Assembly (NCBI GenBank): GCA_964019335.1
Contig: OZ025662.1
Span: 310,001-374,000, forward strand
From: Diplonema japonicum
Taxonomy: Eukaryota; Protista; Euglenozoa: Diplonemea
Length of the DNA: 64,000 nucleotides
Reading direction: 5' to 3'
Both the position numbers and the translations under genes were made by a program. Of this stretch, positions 47,075-57,977 are shown one piece after another. Position 1 is the stretch's first letter; each line of letters starts with the position of its first letter. Under the pieces are notes generated by a model. The model saw nothing but the letters and a program-made list of their open reading frames with translations. It was not told the DNA's origin and searched no databases.

Positions 47075-48295
47075 TCCGTCATGCACGACTGGTCTGCCGA
47101 GGCGGGCATCGGCATCCTCTCCATCGTGGGGCGTGTGGTGGAGGTGGCGAGGGACCATGCGGGCAGCAGAGCTCTGCAGAGGCGTCTTGACATGGGATGC
47201 TGTGACGAGGAGAAGCAAGCGCTGTTCGATGAGGTGGAACCGAAGTGCGCGGAGCTCATGGTGCACATGTTCGGGAACTACGTGGTGCAGAAGCTCTTCG
47301 AGCACGGCATGCCGCACCACGTGCAGATCCTGTCCGAGAAGCTGAGGGGGAACATTCTGTCGCTGACGCTGTCACCCTATGGGTGCAGGGTGGTGCAGAA
47401 GGCCCTGGAAGTGGTGGACATGAAATACAGGAACATGGCAATCGAGGAACTGACGGGCCACGTGCCGAGGTGCGTGCAGGACCAGAACGGGAACCACGTC
47501 ATCCAGAAGTGCATCGAGACCATGCCCAACAAGGTGGACTTCATTGTGTGCGCATTCCGCAACAACGTGCAAGCGCTGGCTATGCACGCCTACGGGTGCA
47601 GGGTCATCCAGCGACTACTGGAGTACTGCAAGCGATCCCCCGAGATCGAGCCTATCATCCAAGAAGTCCTGTCGGCAGTGGACCAGCTCGTGGGCGACCG
47701 CTACGGGAACTACGTGGTCCAGCACGTCATCATCAACGGCGAGACGCAGCACAGGTATGCACTGTCCTTTGTACATTTCCATTTTTTTTTAAAGGTCGTT
47801 CATCGCAGGCAGGTTGAGGGGAAGCCTGTTGGCGTTGGCCCGTGGCAAGTTCTCTTCTAACGTTGTGGAGAAGATGTTCGAGTTTGGGTCGCACGTCGAG
47901 AGGGACGAGCTGCTGGGCGAGGTATACATATTTTTCTCTCTTTTGTTTTTTTTTCAAACCCCACACAGCTGCTGCAGCACAGCGGTGCGGACGGGATGTC
48001 TGGCCTGATCGCCATGGTGCAGGACCCCTTCGCGAACTACGTTGTCCAGAAGATGCTCGACTGCTGCGATGACAGCCACCAGAAAGCCATCACTGAACAC
48101 ATCAGGCCGCACGTTGCGGGGCTTCGCAGGTTCAATTATGGAAAACACATTCTTTCCAGGCTTGAAAAGGCCGGCATGTCACTTGGCAGTGGGACCTCTC
48201 CCACAAACCCTGGGCTTGTCCCCATGCAACCTAGCTTTCCTTCTTCCATGAACGGGACCAACAGCTTCAGCAATGCGGTGTACGCTGCGGTATGA
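46361..48295 (+). CDS. Pumilio/PUF RNA-binding protein with 8 repeats
   Basis: Repeat motifs SRALQ, NYVVQ, CRVVQ, NHVIQ, CRVIQ, NYVVQ, SNVVE, NYVVQ, then YGKHI. Introns 47755-47794 and 47922-47968. Confidence 0.95.
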
Positions 48296-50052
48296 AGCGG
48301 GGAAAAAAAAAACTCACACCAATTTTAGGACTTGCAGCCAGCATGGTAGATAGATAAAGGGAAAATAAGAATAAGGAATACCCCCCTCCACACACACTTT
48401 TTTGTTTTCTGCACACCGCTTGCATTAAGGACACGACGCGGCATGCTGAATCTATTGAAGCTCGGCCGAGGTGTGCCCCCCCCTGTATTCAAGTAGGTAG
48501 TGCTTGTGCAGGGCGCCACCAAGACTGGCCTCCGTTATCTCTTATTATTATTATTTTTTTTATTAAAGATTCCCCGATGCTCCCTTTTTTTTTTCCAACA
48601 AAAAAAAAATGAAAGAAAAAAAAAACAAGTATTTATCCCAAATCCACCCGCCCCTTCGTTTTTTCTCCCCTTCCCCCCCCCCGATTTTTTTTAAAGAGAA
48701 GACAAATAAAGAAAAAAAAAGAGGAAACAAAAAGAATAGCCCTATGAGGGCAGAAAAAAAAAAAAGACAAGAACTTCTAGAATTTTCTTTTTTCAAAAAA
48801 GAATGAGAGATGGGGAGGGATGCCCATTAGAATCTCATTTGGGGGGTTTTTTTTTCCAGATGAAAGTCCAGAAAGGATATAAAAGAAAAAAAAGTAAATG
48901 TAAGTCAATAAAAAAAATTTAGATGGGAGGGACCGTAACGGATGGGGAAACGATGTTCATAATGGGTATAAACTTCCCCCCCCCCCCCTTTTCCTTTTGT
49001 TGATATGTCCGTCCATTTCACCCCTCTCCCTTTTCTTTAAATCCCTTTTGATCCTTTCTCCCCTCCCCCCCCCCCCTCCCCTTTTTTTTCCCCGTTTATT
49101 TTTTTGTGAATAAAGAAATATTCAAGTTTTTCTTCCTCATTTCTTTCTTCTCCTCTATTTTTTTTTTGTTTCCCCCTTCTCTCTCTCTCTCTTCCCTCCG
49201 TCCCTTATATCCCCTAGATTCTCACCTTTAGACTTTCGCGCGGTCACATGTTTTATTTGGCTTTTCATGTCTCTCTTTTTTTTTTTTGTGCACAGTTCTT
49301 TTTTTTTTTTTTTTGAAAAAAAAAACCCCTCCCGTGAAAGAAAACAGCTTCATTAACACCTCATATCCCTATTGTGGGGGCAATTGTGCCCTTTTAGAAA
49401 TCGATATGTTGGGAAATGCAGCCTCCCCCTCCCACCCCCTTTCTGTTCTCATCCCCCATATTTTTTTTATATTAGAATTTTTTGTTCTTCTTTCTTTGTT
49501 TTTCATCTCTAAAGCCCAATTTTCTTTGTCAGCCAAACAGGCAGAACGGAAGAAAACAAAATATCGATGTCTGTACAAAGTTTTAGATTATTTAAAAAAA
49601 AAAAAAATACTGGGCCCACAGACTAGAGTTCTCGATGACTCTATTTTTTTTTTATATTACTAATTAAGTAGTAACTGATTTTTTAAAGTTCACTTTTGAG
49701 GGTGGGCGATGTCACTTCTTCCCTATCATGGTGGCCTATACCCCCCCCCCCCCCCCACCTCACCACACTTTACTCGTTTCCGTCCACGTCCCCCTTTACC
49801 CAACTTTTACCCCCCTCCCCTCCTATTCCTTTATTTGACTATTATTTCCCCCCTTCTCTTCCTCTCTCTTTTCCCCATTGCCCCCATTTTTTTTTCCTCC
49901 AGCCCCTTGTCAAATTTTCCCCCTTTTTCCCTTCTGTTTTTTTTTTTTTTTTTTTTGCCGTTATCGATTTTCTTGATTTATATAAAAAAAAAAAAAAAAG
50001 AAAAAAAAGTAATGCGCTCAAAGAGGGGGGAGTTGGGGAAAAGAAAAAATAG

Positions 50053-50289
50053 ATGGTATGCCCGATGTGTTACGTACCGCCGGTTGTCTCCGCCTTGCTA
50101 GGGGCAACTTCCCTGACTGGGTATCTGGCAGAAAATGAAATTGTGCGAAATCTTTGCGTTGGTGTGCTCACGGTCGGCCCCTTGCCAGTTGGGGCCTTCA
50201 TCTTGAAAAGACGACCGAGCTGGAGAACGAGAGTTTTGGGTGCAGGTGCCATAAGCTGGAGCGTTGCTGCGACTCTCGCCATGGAATGA
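50053..50289 (+). CDS. 78-aa CxxC membrane protein, MerC-like
   Basis: Mixed-sequence island between homopolymer spacers, ATG to TGA; CPMC followed by three hydrophobic segments. Confidence 0.65.
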   Translation: MVCPMCYVPPVVSALLGATSLTGYLAENEIVRNLCVGVLTVGPLPVGAFILKRRPSWRTRVLGAGAISWSVAATLAME

Positions 50290-50427
50290 AAAGTAAAAAA
50301 AAAAAAAAAATACCCTTTTTTTTTTTCTCGCCCTCTTTTTTTCTCTCTTTTTTTCCCCCTTTCAAAAAAAAAAAAAATCATTTTCTGCTATAGAAAAAGG
50401 AAATACAACAACAACAACAACAAAAAA

Positions 50428-51735
50428 ATGGCCCACGGCTGTTGGAAATGTGGAGCCATCATCGAGGCGCGGGAAGCCCCTTCTTCTGAAGGAGCGGCGA
50501 AGGAGCAGAGTGGGGTTAGAACACGGAGCAGCAGCATGGCGCTTTCTCCAGGAAATGCACACCTTGAAGTCAATACGACCGGGTCGACCCCTCCGAGAGG
50601 CCAAAGCGTGATCCTACCTCCACTGGCACCAGAAACTCACGGAACCCGGAACAGATCCCGAACAGCCGTACTGTCCATCCCGAGAGAGCCGAAAATTCTT
50701 CCGGCTGACGAAAATTTGTATAACATGACGAGAAAAGCCCGATTTATCCACGAAATCTGCCGGGGGAAGATGGAAGCAGTGATGGGGGCAGTATGCGTAG
50801 GGTGTCATTCGATCTTGCTGCAAAAGGTAACCACTCAACTCAGCACGTTGGTGGCAGAACGGGCCACCATCGAAAAGGAACTAATGCATCTTATAAGTGA
50901 CGACACAGGTCATATCCCAACTGACGAGGAGCTCGACGCTTACGAACTTCAAATATCCGACTCAGAGAACCTGTTGAAAGAAAAGGAAGCTGTGATACAG
51001 TCTCTTCAAACAGAGTTGAATAGTTTGACGGAGCAAACTCAAGGAACCGAAGAAGCGGTTGACAAGGCCGTCAGAAGGCATCTACTACACACAATAAGAA
51101 AAGCATCGCAAGCCGACGAGGAACAAAGCAGAGAAATGTGGGGGAAATACATCAAAACAAGCTACGCGCATTGCAAGAAAACCGTCGGCCTCCCGTTGAT
51201 ATTCAAGGTAGAATGCTCCCGCGTTCCCGCTATGATTAATGGGTTTCGGTTGGCGATACCAGACTCGCTGCCTGAGGCCAGGAGCAAAGCACCTATTACC
51301 AGTACATGGCCTGAGGTAAATGCGGGTCTTGGGCAGATGGCCCTGCTCATCCACAGCATCAGAGAAACCTTTGGAGGAATTGTGTCTCATATTAGTTTTG
51401 CGCTGTCCGGATCTTCATCACGTGTTATAGTGCAAAGCGAGACCGGCACACACACCACATACAACTTGTTCGCGTCCGCCACTTCTTCTACCACGTCCCT
51501 TGATGAAGCGATTGGGTACATGAACAGGGCAACACGGTCCTTAGCGGTGCATATGAAGGTCAAACTTCAGCAAACTATCCATACGTCTGACTTGTACGTG
51601 GCAGAGGGGCATAATTTCGAATGGCACACACACATAATGCATTTGTTGAGAAACTGTAACCAGTTGATGCATGCTGCGCAGAGGAAGGTCGAGGAGCGAA
51701 CGGCGAACGATGGGAAAAAGAAAACAAAACTTTGA
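50428..51735 (+). CDS. ATG6: Beclin-1/Atg6-like protein
   Basis: VCVGCHSILL, a coiled coil, then MINGFRLA..WPEVNAGLGQMALLIHSI (Atg6 BARA/ECD motif). Confidence 0.8.
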   Translation: MAHGCWKCGAIIEAREAPSSEGAAKEQSGVRTRSSSMALSPGNAHLEVNTTGSTPPRGQSVILPPLAPETHGTRNRSRTAVLSIPREPKILPADENLYNMTRKARFIHEICRGKMEAVMGAVCVGCHSILLQKVTTQLSTLVAERATIEKELMHLISDDTGHIPTDEELDAYELQISDSENLLKEKEAVIQSLQTELNSLTEQTQGTEEAVDKAVRRHLLHTIRKASQADEEQSREMWGKYIKTSYAHCKKTVGLPLIFKVECSRVPAMINGFRLAIPDSLPEARSKAPITSTWPEVNAGLGQMALLIHSIRETFGGIVSHISFALSGSSSRVIVQSETGTHTTYNLFASATSSTTSLDEAIGYMNRATRSLAVHMKVKLQQTIHTSDLYVAEGHNFEWHTHIMHLLRNCNQLMHAAQRKVEERTANDGKKKTKL

Positions 51736-51841
51736 AAAGGGGGATGGTGTGCGTGTGTGTAGGAAAAAAAAGGGTTTTTTTTGTGGGTTTGGTTTGTTAT
51801 TATACACATCCGGGGGGTGGTGGTGGGGAAAGGAGGAAGAA

Positions 51842-51900
<59 letters not shown>

Positions 51901-52059
51901 ACCCCCTGTTTCTTCCGTCGTGCGGTTGGCTTGCCTATGTTTTTTTTTTTTTTTTTTTTTTCTCTTCTTTTTTTTTTCTCTTTTTTTTATTTGTCCAGTC
52001 TATATAAAAAAGAGGGGGGCGAAAAAAAAAAAAGAAAGGAAAAAAAAAGAGAAAAAAAA

Positions 52060-53523
52060 ATGCATTCCCACAGACCCACAAGAAGAGGGGCGAGTAAAGA
52101 GAGAAAATCTGCACCCAAACGGTCAAGCAGCAGCGGAGGCGGGGCTCCTCGCGGCGACGACTGTTTCAAAGTAACCTGGTCGGTCGTAGGGCTGGGCTTC
52201 GTCCTCGGGATGCTCAGCATGCTGGCCCTGGGCGAGCTGGAACCAAAACCCCCGGCGTTTGTGTGCCCTTCAAATATCGAAGTCAAAAGCTTGGTAAACT
52301 CTGTAGGGCAAGGGAAATACTATGAGAATCTGCTGAGAATCGGGATGGACAGAGTCGATATTATTGCATCATCGACCTTTGCGGACGTCGAAGATATACA
52401 CATGAAACCATATCATTGGGCGGTTTTAAAGGCGGAAGCTGTCCGGCATATCACCCACAAGAAGATATCAATAGCGACATTACTACGAGGGGAGAACATC
52501 AAAGCAGCAGGTTTACAAACAAAACTCACTCCATCTCCCGACACCGAGCAGTCCGACAACTTCTACAACATCGAACCAGATAAGTATTTTCAGTACATTT
52601 TGGCACCCGTTACCATCACAACTGTTTGCACGGGAACGTTAATGCAAAGGCTTGGGACTCTATTCAACGCTGCGGTGCTGGGGACGGCCTTGAAGGCTAA
52701 TCTTCACATTATATGGATAAGCGACAATGAATGTTCGGTTAAAATTTCGTCGATTTTAAAAGTTTCGAAAACTGTTTCCTACTCCGTTGGCCCGCCTGAC
52801 CGAGCCCTCGCATCGATTTTTTACAATGCAGGCGTTTTGGATGATCACTTCACAGGTGTGTTTGTGTACCCAAAGTCACCTATTGCTGGGTTGATACCAA
52901 TCGATAAACCTGCCGATGGACCTTCTTCATTATGGAGAACTTCAAATGCAAGAAATATGTCATTGGGACACGACAGCGAGATAGTACAGTGGGTAAAAAG
53001 TCGGTTGAAGTCGGATTTAAAAACGCATATTCTGCATCAAACGGACGAAATTGCTCCTGGAGTTTCAATGGATGCTGTGAAGGAGGCCACTGCGCATTAT
53101 GGATTGCGAGCGTCGCAGGATGTCTTAAATCTGGTGAAGAGGATGACGCGAGTTAACGATATCACGCAGTTTAACATGTTGCCTGTGTACGACATCGATT
53201 TGCCGAAGGTTCGTGCGGAAGATGTGTTGTCAAAAAAGATTTTGGTGTTATCGTCACCGAATGGTGCCTTGTCTCCCTCTTCTCTTCCAACAGGCGTCAC
53301 CAACGTAACGGTGATTCCATCGATTTTTAACGCCTCCCACTCCCACACTCTCGAAGCTACTGACTTGTACCTCTTCTCCTCTGCCGCTTTGCTCGCACAC
53401 CACACGCTGCAAGTTTTCGAACCCAGTGATCTTACTCCGTCTACCGCACCCAAGAGTGAGCAAGTATTGGCTGCCATCCTCTGCCCCTCTGGCTTAATGT
53501 GCCCCGATTATGTTTTGCCTTGA
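52060..53523 (+). CDS. Type II membrane protein, putative GT-B fucosyltransferase-like glycosyltransferase
   Basis: Basic N-tail, TM WSVVGLGFVLGMLSMLAL; GTLMQRLGTLFNAAVLG..LHIIWISDNEC resembles the GLxNR..W fucosyltransferase motif. Confidence 0.55.
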   Translation: MHSHRPTRRGASKERKSAPKRSSSSGGGAPRGDDCFKVTWSVVGLGFVLGMLSMLALGELEPKPPAFVCPSNIEVKSLVNSVGQGKYYENLLRIGMDRVDIIASSTFADVEDIHMKPYHWAVLKAEAVRHITHKKISIATLLRGENIKAAGLQTKLTPSPDTEQSDNFYNIEPDKYFQYILAPVTITTVCTGTLMQRLGTLFNAAVLGTALKANLHIIWISDNECSVKISSILKVSKTVSYSVGPPDRALASIFYNAGVLDDHFTGVFVYPKSPIAGLIPIDKPADGPSSLWRTSNARNMSLGHDSEIVQWVKSRLKSDLKTHILHQTDEIAPGVSMDAVKEATAHYGLRASQDVLNLVKRMTRVNDITQFNMLPVYDIDLPKVRAEDVLSKKILVLSSPNGALSPSSLPTGVTNVTVIPSIFNASHSHTLEATDLYLFSSAALLAHHTLQVFEPSDLTPSTAPKSEQVLAAILCPSGLMCPDYVLP

Positions 53524-53533
53524 TTTTTTTTTT

Positions 53534-53573
<40 letters not shown>

Positions 53574-53639
53574 TCTCCGAAGTAAGCGGGTTTAAGGGGG
53601 TTTACGGGGAATGGGATTCGGATTGGGGTGGAAGGTGCA

Positions 53640-53670
<31 letters not shown>

Positions 53671-55064
53671 CTTTTTTTTATTATATTGTGCCCTCGGCGG
53701 CGTGACTTTTTGCGCTGTAACATATTTTCTTTTTCATAAGTAAAAAAAAAAAATTAAAAAAAAAAACGGAAAAAAAACGAAAGGGGTTTCTTTTTTATAC
53801 TCTTTTCAAAGAGGCACTTAGGCCAGATCACTCATCTTCCTTGCCTCTTGGGGGTGGAAGGTAGAAGGACAGGGAAAACGGCGTTTTTTTTTCTTCTTTG
53901 AGAAAGGGGTAAATTTTATATAAACTTTATGTAGATATATTGAAGGGTTAAAGAGAAAGAGAGGGATATTGATTTCTTTCATTGAACTGGCTGCTCCCTT
54001 GGAGAGTGGGGAAGTATGCAGGAGGGAAGACGAAGGAGGGGGGGCGTACTTCGGCTGGGTCACAGGAAGGTTTTTTTTTCTTTTTCTCGACGTGCTCCTC
54101 TTTTGCTTTCCTGCTCCAAGAAAAGAAAAAGGGGAAGGAAAAAAAAGTGTAGACCCCTCCTTGTTTCATTTGTTCCTTTTCTTTTTTTTGTTCTTTTCCT
54201 TCTTCATCTTTTTTTTTTCTTTTTTGACAACGACAGGCAAATCGAGGTGATTTTTTTTTTTTTCGCTTTTTTTTTTTAAACCCTTTCGTCATTTTCTTCA
54301 CATATTGACCCATTTTGCACTGGCGAAATTTCGGATTGAAAAAATAGGAGGGTTTTCATTTTTCGGCGGGCCGTTGCTAACCACTTCGTTCCTATCATAG
54401 TGAATTTACTTTTTTTATTGCAAAAAGAGTGTAATAATGAAAACCCTCATATTTCCAAAGCAGGAAAAAAGACAAAACAAAAAAAGAAAGTTCCTCGAAA
54501 TCGAACCAGTGCCTGAAATGTTTTCCAGCCATACTTGTGTGACTCAAATGACGAATGGGGATAAAAAAAAAAACGACTTACTTACCTCCAAATAAGCGCG
54601 TTTAAATTTTCGAAATTATGACACCTATTATTTTCACAACTCCAGCTCTAGTTTTGCAACGTGAAAGCTGATGAGAGAGACCACCCTGCACCCTCTCAAA
54701 AAATGGTTCAGACCCGGCGTTCCGGTGTAACTAAGCGAACTTTCTTTTTTTTTCTGAGGGGGGGGCACAGCAATCACAGAATCTTTTCTTGTTGCCTCGC
54801 GGGTACCCTACCCTCCCCCTTACCAACCAAAAAAAAAAAGAAAGAATCTTGTGTTCCAACCGCCGCGTTTTTGTGATTTTTTTTTTGAATCCTTTTTTTT
54901 CTTTTTCTTTTTTATATTTTTTTTTATTATTTATTATTCACCTTCATTTCTTTTTTTTTTTTTTTTTTTGTTTTGTTTTTTTTTCTTCTTTTTTTTAGTA
55001 CCTTTCATTTGGCTCTGGCGTCCCCCCTCCCCCCATCCTTTTTTTTTTTTGCAAATTAGTCCGG

Positions 55065-55099
<35 letters not shown>

Positions 55100-55117
55100 A
55101 AACTTTAAAAAAAAAAA

Positions 55118-56257
55118 ATGCTTACATTGATATTATCTGCTGCCGCCCTGACAGGGGTGGCAGGCACATCGTTGTCACTGGTAATGACGGCTGATCCGGG
55201 GTACTACTCCGGCGTCAGCGAAGGGAAGTACATTCTGGCAAACATGACGAACCAAGCAAACATCAGCACCGCCCTGCCGTACTGCGCAGAGGCCGTCGAG
55301 GGCCTCGTGAGCACGGTACCAGTCTCACTGGTAACAACGGGAATCGGACACGACGCCGCCTCAGGGTGCATGATAAGTGTCATTGGCTACTACAAAGCTC
55401 GCAACGTCGAGATCAAGGATGTAATCTACATTGGAACCTCAGGATGGTCGCCCAAGGTAGGAGGCATGTTCAATCCGGAAACGGACCCAGAGTGCAAGGC
55501 TCCTGTAGTACCTGATGCGTCACAATTGGTTAATGTTGGCGATGTTTGTATATCGCCAGTGTCGTTTTTGCTGAACTGCGGTTTTTGCGAATGGAATGAA
55601 GGGTTCGAGGGAGGTCAATGCGCCTCACCGGCGTGTGCCAGCCACGACCAGTCCACTGTTTTCGGACAGTGTGATTTTTATACCCCCGACACACAGCTTT
55701 CTGACCAGCTTATCGCGGCTTCTAAACAGGTGCGTTTCCCTGCGATGAACAATAAGCTGTCTGGTTATGTCGGGAAGTACTGGGCTGCAACCTGGCAAGG
55801 GTTGGGTATATCCTCGTCTTCCACACCTACCCCCACACCCACCATTCACGATTACAACTCATGTGGGGAAGCTGCTTCCTACAACCTTTGGAAGGGTCTT
55901 CCCAAGGATTTCCAATGTAGAAAATACCTTGCAAACATTCTTTCCAAGATGCATGGTAAGGCTGTAACTCCATCTGAGGTAACCTGTGTAAGCGCTATGG
56001 AGGGGCCTGGGTGGATGCGCTGGCTTCTTAAGGAGGCCACGCAAGGTGGGAACATCCCCTTTGTCGGGCTTCGTGGAGCGTCGAATTACGATTCTTGGCC
56101 GCTTGTCAGGGCTGCTGATGGAAAGATGACCACCGACAACAACTGGCTTCCGGGTAATGGCACAGAAGACTTCACCCTTGAGGGGTACCACTATGCTATC
56201 AGAACCACCACCTCCATTGTGTTGCAGCACTTTAGCAACATTGGTAAGGCACTGTGA
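55118..56257 (+). CDS. Secreted nucleoside-phosphorylase-fold protein (NUP 'purine nucleoside permease' family-like)
   Basis: Signal peptide; LVTTGIG, YIGTSG, VGDVCI, AMEG, LRGASNYD. Confidence 0.78.
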   Translation: MLTLILSAAALTGVAGTSLSLVMTADPGYYSGVSEGKYILANMTNQANISTALPYCAEAVEGLVSTVPVSLVTTGIGHDAASGCMISVIGYYKARNVEIKDVIYIGTSGWSPKVGGMFNPETDPECKAPVVPDASQLVNVGDVCISPVSFLLNCGFCEWNEGFEGGQCASPACASHDQSTVFGQCDFYTPDTQLSDQLIAASKQVRFPAMNNKLSGYVGKYWAATWQGLGISSSSTPTPTPTIHDYNSCGEAASYNLWKGLPKDFQCRKYLANILSKMHGKAVTPSEVTCVSAMEGPGWMRWLLKEATQGGNIPFVGLRGASNYDSWPLVRAADGKMTTDNNWLPGNGTEDFTLEGYHYAIRTTTSIVLQHFSNIGKAL

Positions 56258-56326
56258 GGAACTTGTCACGTGTTGTGATGTGAACCAAACCTTGGGAGGG
56301 AAAGAGAGATAGAAAGGTAAGATGAC

Positions 56327-56364
<38 letters not shown>

Positions 56365-56462
56365 CGCAAGAACGAGTCTTTGACTTGTGGGAACGTTGGC
56401 AACGTGTTTCGGGTTGACAAACTTCTCCAGGTTTTACCCGGCACGCACAAACAACGGCCAGT

Positions 56463-56499
<37 letters not shown>

Positions 56500-57257
56500 C
56501 TTTTTTTTTTTTTTTTATATCTGTAACGCGAATTCTTTTCCCTCTTATTTTATTGGGGACGGTGCCAAGCGAGGTTTCTGTCCGGAAGGGCATTTTTACT
56601 TGATACCCTCTGCCTTTTTTTTTTTTTTTTTTTGTTGAGAAGAACAAGAAAAAAAAAAAAAAAAAAAGAAGGAAAGAAAAAAAAAAAACTCCCCCCTCCC
56701 CCAGCTGTATGTTGGCAAAGAAACGCGTTTGAACGACGTCTCCAATAATATGGGGCGTTTCCCTAAATATTTGAAAAAAAGATTTTTTAAGGATAAAGCT
56801 TCCCGTTTCCTGCCTACATAGCCCCCTCCCTTCCCCTCCTGTTGATCTAACGAATTCAAATGACACACCCCCCAGAACGGGCACCGGGGACTAAGCTCAG
56901 CTCAGCCGGTGAGCGCAAAAACGCATACCAAGATTTTTCTTTTTTTTTTTTCGATGAATAAAAAAAAATAGAGGGAATGAAAAAAAAAAAAAAAAAAAAA
57001 AAAAACCGCCACCCTTATTTTTTTTTTCCAGCTTTGATCCTTAACAAATACGATCAAGGACTCAATCATGGACCACTCCACTTCGCCTTTCAAATAAAAT
57101 CCCTTAAAAAAAAAAAAAGCAACAAATGAAAGAAAAAGGGGAACGGGAAGGGGTTCTTATTTCTTTTATTTCTCCCCCCCTCCCTTCAAAATTTACGTTT
57201 TCTCTGGGGAGGAAAAGAAGGGGGAAAAAAAAAAGGAGGAGCCCAAAAAAAAAAAAA

Positions 57258-57623
57258 ATGAAAACGACGCTTTTAGCTATTGCCCTTGTGGCTTGGGTGT
57301 GCGCAGTGCGTGGGGAAGATGAAGAAGCGGTTAAAGAACCCGAATTTTTTTACTACAATTCGGTGACCAAAGAGTCCGTGTGGGATAAGCCTGCAGAGAT
57401 GGGGCACATCAGCACAGAGGAAGAACACAAAGGGGCAACCTTTTACGTGGTTGACGGCGTTTCACAATGGGAAAAACCCCACGAGTGGGACTGGGAGGTA
57501 CACAACGACAAGGAATCCGGAAAAGACTTTTACCACAACCGCCACTCTGGGGAATCCACCTGGGAGCTGCCTGCTTCCATGGCGTGGGGCGAGTACAAGA
57601 CCTCTGAGAACAAAGATCCTTAG
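57258..57623 (+). CDS. Small protein with signal peptide and tandem WW domains
   Basis: MKTTLLAIALVAWVCAVRG, then FYYN..SVWDKP, FYVV..QWEKP, WEVH..FYHN..STWELP. Confidence 0.85.
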   Translation: MKTTLLAIALVAWVCAVRGEDEEAVKEPEFFYYNSVTKESVWDKPAEMGHISTEEEHKGATFYVVDGVSQWEKPHEWDWEVHNDKESGKDFYHNRHSGESTWELPASMAWGEYKTSENKDP

Positions 57624-57977
57624 AAAAAAAGAAAAAAAAAAAAAACCAGTATTTTTTTTTTTTAAACAGGGATTAGAGTGTTGCACTAAGATTTTTAAGC
57701 GCGCGAAATTTTCACTTTAAAAAAAAGGGGGGGGGGAAGGCAACCGTGCTCGCTTATATAAATTCCATTCACAGGGAGAAAAAAAAAAAGAAGAATCTAA
57801 AGCATTTTAATAGAGGGGGGCTTAATGTGATGGGGCACTTTTTTTTTTTATAAATTATTTCTTCCCTTCCTCCCCGCATTCTTTTTTTTTTTGACGCGTA
57901 TAAACAACGGTCAGTTCCTCTTTTTTCCCCCCTCTTCTTTGACCAAAACATTCCGCACAGTTGGGGCTTTGGGTTCG

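Noticed and set aside
54578-54590. TACTTACCT resembling the U1 snRNA 5' end
   Set aside because: No U1 stem-loops or Sm site recognisable downstream.
54668-54705. Hammerhead-like CTGATGA-GAGAG..CTCTC
   Set aside because: Followed by AAAA rather than GAAA, and no convincing stems I/III.
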